Positions 63,081-64,000 of a DNA stretch of 64,000 bases are shown here, in pieces. The notes under the pieces are model-generated. The model saw nothing but the letters and a program-made list of their open reading frames with translations, did no database searches and was not told the origin of the DNA. This DNA comes from an uncultured Methanosarcinaceae archaeon (GTDB taxonomy: Archaea > Halobacteriota > Methanosarcinia > Methanosarcinales > Methanosarcinaceae), in NCBI GenBank assembly GCA_963721455.1, contig CAVRJG010000054.1:96001-160000 (forward strand). Direction: 5' to 3'. A program made the position numbers and the translations under genes. Within the stretch, counting starts at the first letter, position 1. Every line of letters begins with the position of its first letter.

Positions 63081-64000
63081 TTATGTGACGATCATGTCGA
63101 GTTTCTCGAGTTCCAGGGCGCGCCTGATCTCAAGGGCCAGCCTTCTTCCAGTACTCATTGGTCTTCTCCAGAGTGAGTTGCCGTAAGAATGGCCGACTGA
63201 CATGTGCACATTGGTCCCGCCGCCTACTCTTGGGGCCACATCATAAATATAGAAGTTAAGGTCCTTGTCCACACAGGTCTGCAGGCAGAAAGGCCCGATA
63301 ATGCCGGGAGCATAATGTTCCTGGGTAGCTTTTACATACTTTTCTCCCATTTCAAACACTTTCTCAAGAAGGGACTCGCGAAGGGTTGCAGAGTTGTGTC
63401 CGCAGACCGTGTATTCAGGAGTTAGCTGGTGTTCGGCCAGGGCCATTTGCTGCGGGGCAGGAAGCCTTACGTGGCCATCAAGGCTGGTCTCAAAACGCCA
63501 GTCAACGCCAAGAAGTTCCAGCTTACTCATTTCAGGCTCGATTGGAGAGTAAAACATATCAAGGTTGAACACAGGGCCTATGATATAACGCTCTATTCTG
63601 GCGTTTTCAAGGGCGTCTCGTGTAATAACTCCCTGCTTTATGAGGGCTTCGGATTTCTCCAGATATTCCCTGTAACTTGAAGCGGTAAAAAATCCCCTTT
63701 CCAGTGTCTTTACAGCATGCGGGAGCTTGACCATCACCAGTTCGTTAATATCCTTCGGGGATTCGACTTTTTCAGGGAAAGGAAGCCCGGCTTTTTCCAG
63801 AATCCAGTAATAACTCTGCTGCTCACTGCGTTCTTCGCTTCGAAGAAGATTCCTGCTTCCTACAAGAGGCACCTTGAAATTATCTTCTATCTCATCTATA
63901 CTGCAGTAAGAGGTAAATGAACGGTTAGGGATGAAAAGCACATTTTCATCAACCAGTTTCTGCTGGTTTTCGGGCAGGAGGATTTCGTTATACTTTTTAA
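63081..64000 (-). CDS. PurP-like ATP-grasp protein (DUF1246/DUF1297), 5' end outside window
   Basis: FIPNRSF, ERGFF, GIIGPFCLQ and PRVGGGTN. Confidence 0.88.
   Translation of the reverse strand, partial: KKYNEILLPENQQKLVDENVLFIPNRSFTSYCSIDEIEDNFKVPLVGSRNLLRSEERSEQQSYYWILEKAGLPFPEKVESPKDINELVMVKLPHAVKTLERGFFTASSYREYLEKSEALIKQGVITRDALENARIERYIIGPVFNLDMFYSPIEPEMSKLELLGVDWRFETSLDGHVRLPAPQQMALAEHQLTPEYTVCGHNSATLRESLLEKVFEMGEKYVKATQEHYAPGIIGPFCLQTCVDKDLNFYIYDVAPRVGGGTNVHMSVGHSYGNSLWRRPMSTGRRLALEIRRALELEKLDMIVT

Overview
Archaeal chromosomal window, almost certainly Methanosarcina (mer, fpoF, aksE/aksF-type genes, archaeal aglB, kae1-bud32 fusion, rps24e/rps27ae, spt4, rpoE, aIF2-gamma). From left to right: (1) the end of an N-glycosylation locus with glycosyltransferases and two near-identical tandem aglB genes; (2) homoaconitase small subunit, MntP, homoisocitrate dehydrogenase and a cyclase; (3) two unannotated paralogous small ORFs and an oxidative-stress cluster (FprA, ferritin-like, AfpA, Isf, CMD/MdrA-like, 2x DUF2180, desulforedoxin); (4) mer-fpoF-nadM; (5) a Cys-rich exported protein and housekeeping genes; (6) an AT-rich, partly decayed polysaccharide island with many IS and MITE insertions, including an IS66 whose transposase has a single in-frame UAG; (7) a carrier-protein cluster that is unusual for an archaeon (PPTase, ACP, adenylating enzyme, two PP-loop amidotransferase-like enzymes, DUF362 Fe-S protein, acyltransferase, membrane hydrolase); (8) a 749-nt ORF-less group II intron inserted in the terminal inverted repeat of a 251-bp MITE, with EBS1/EBS2 exactly matching that repeat; (9) the conserved aIF2g-PIN-rpoE-spt4-DPCK-rps24e-rps27ae / kae1-rdgB block and a purP-like gene. 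All calls come from reading motifs by eye; no searches were run.
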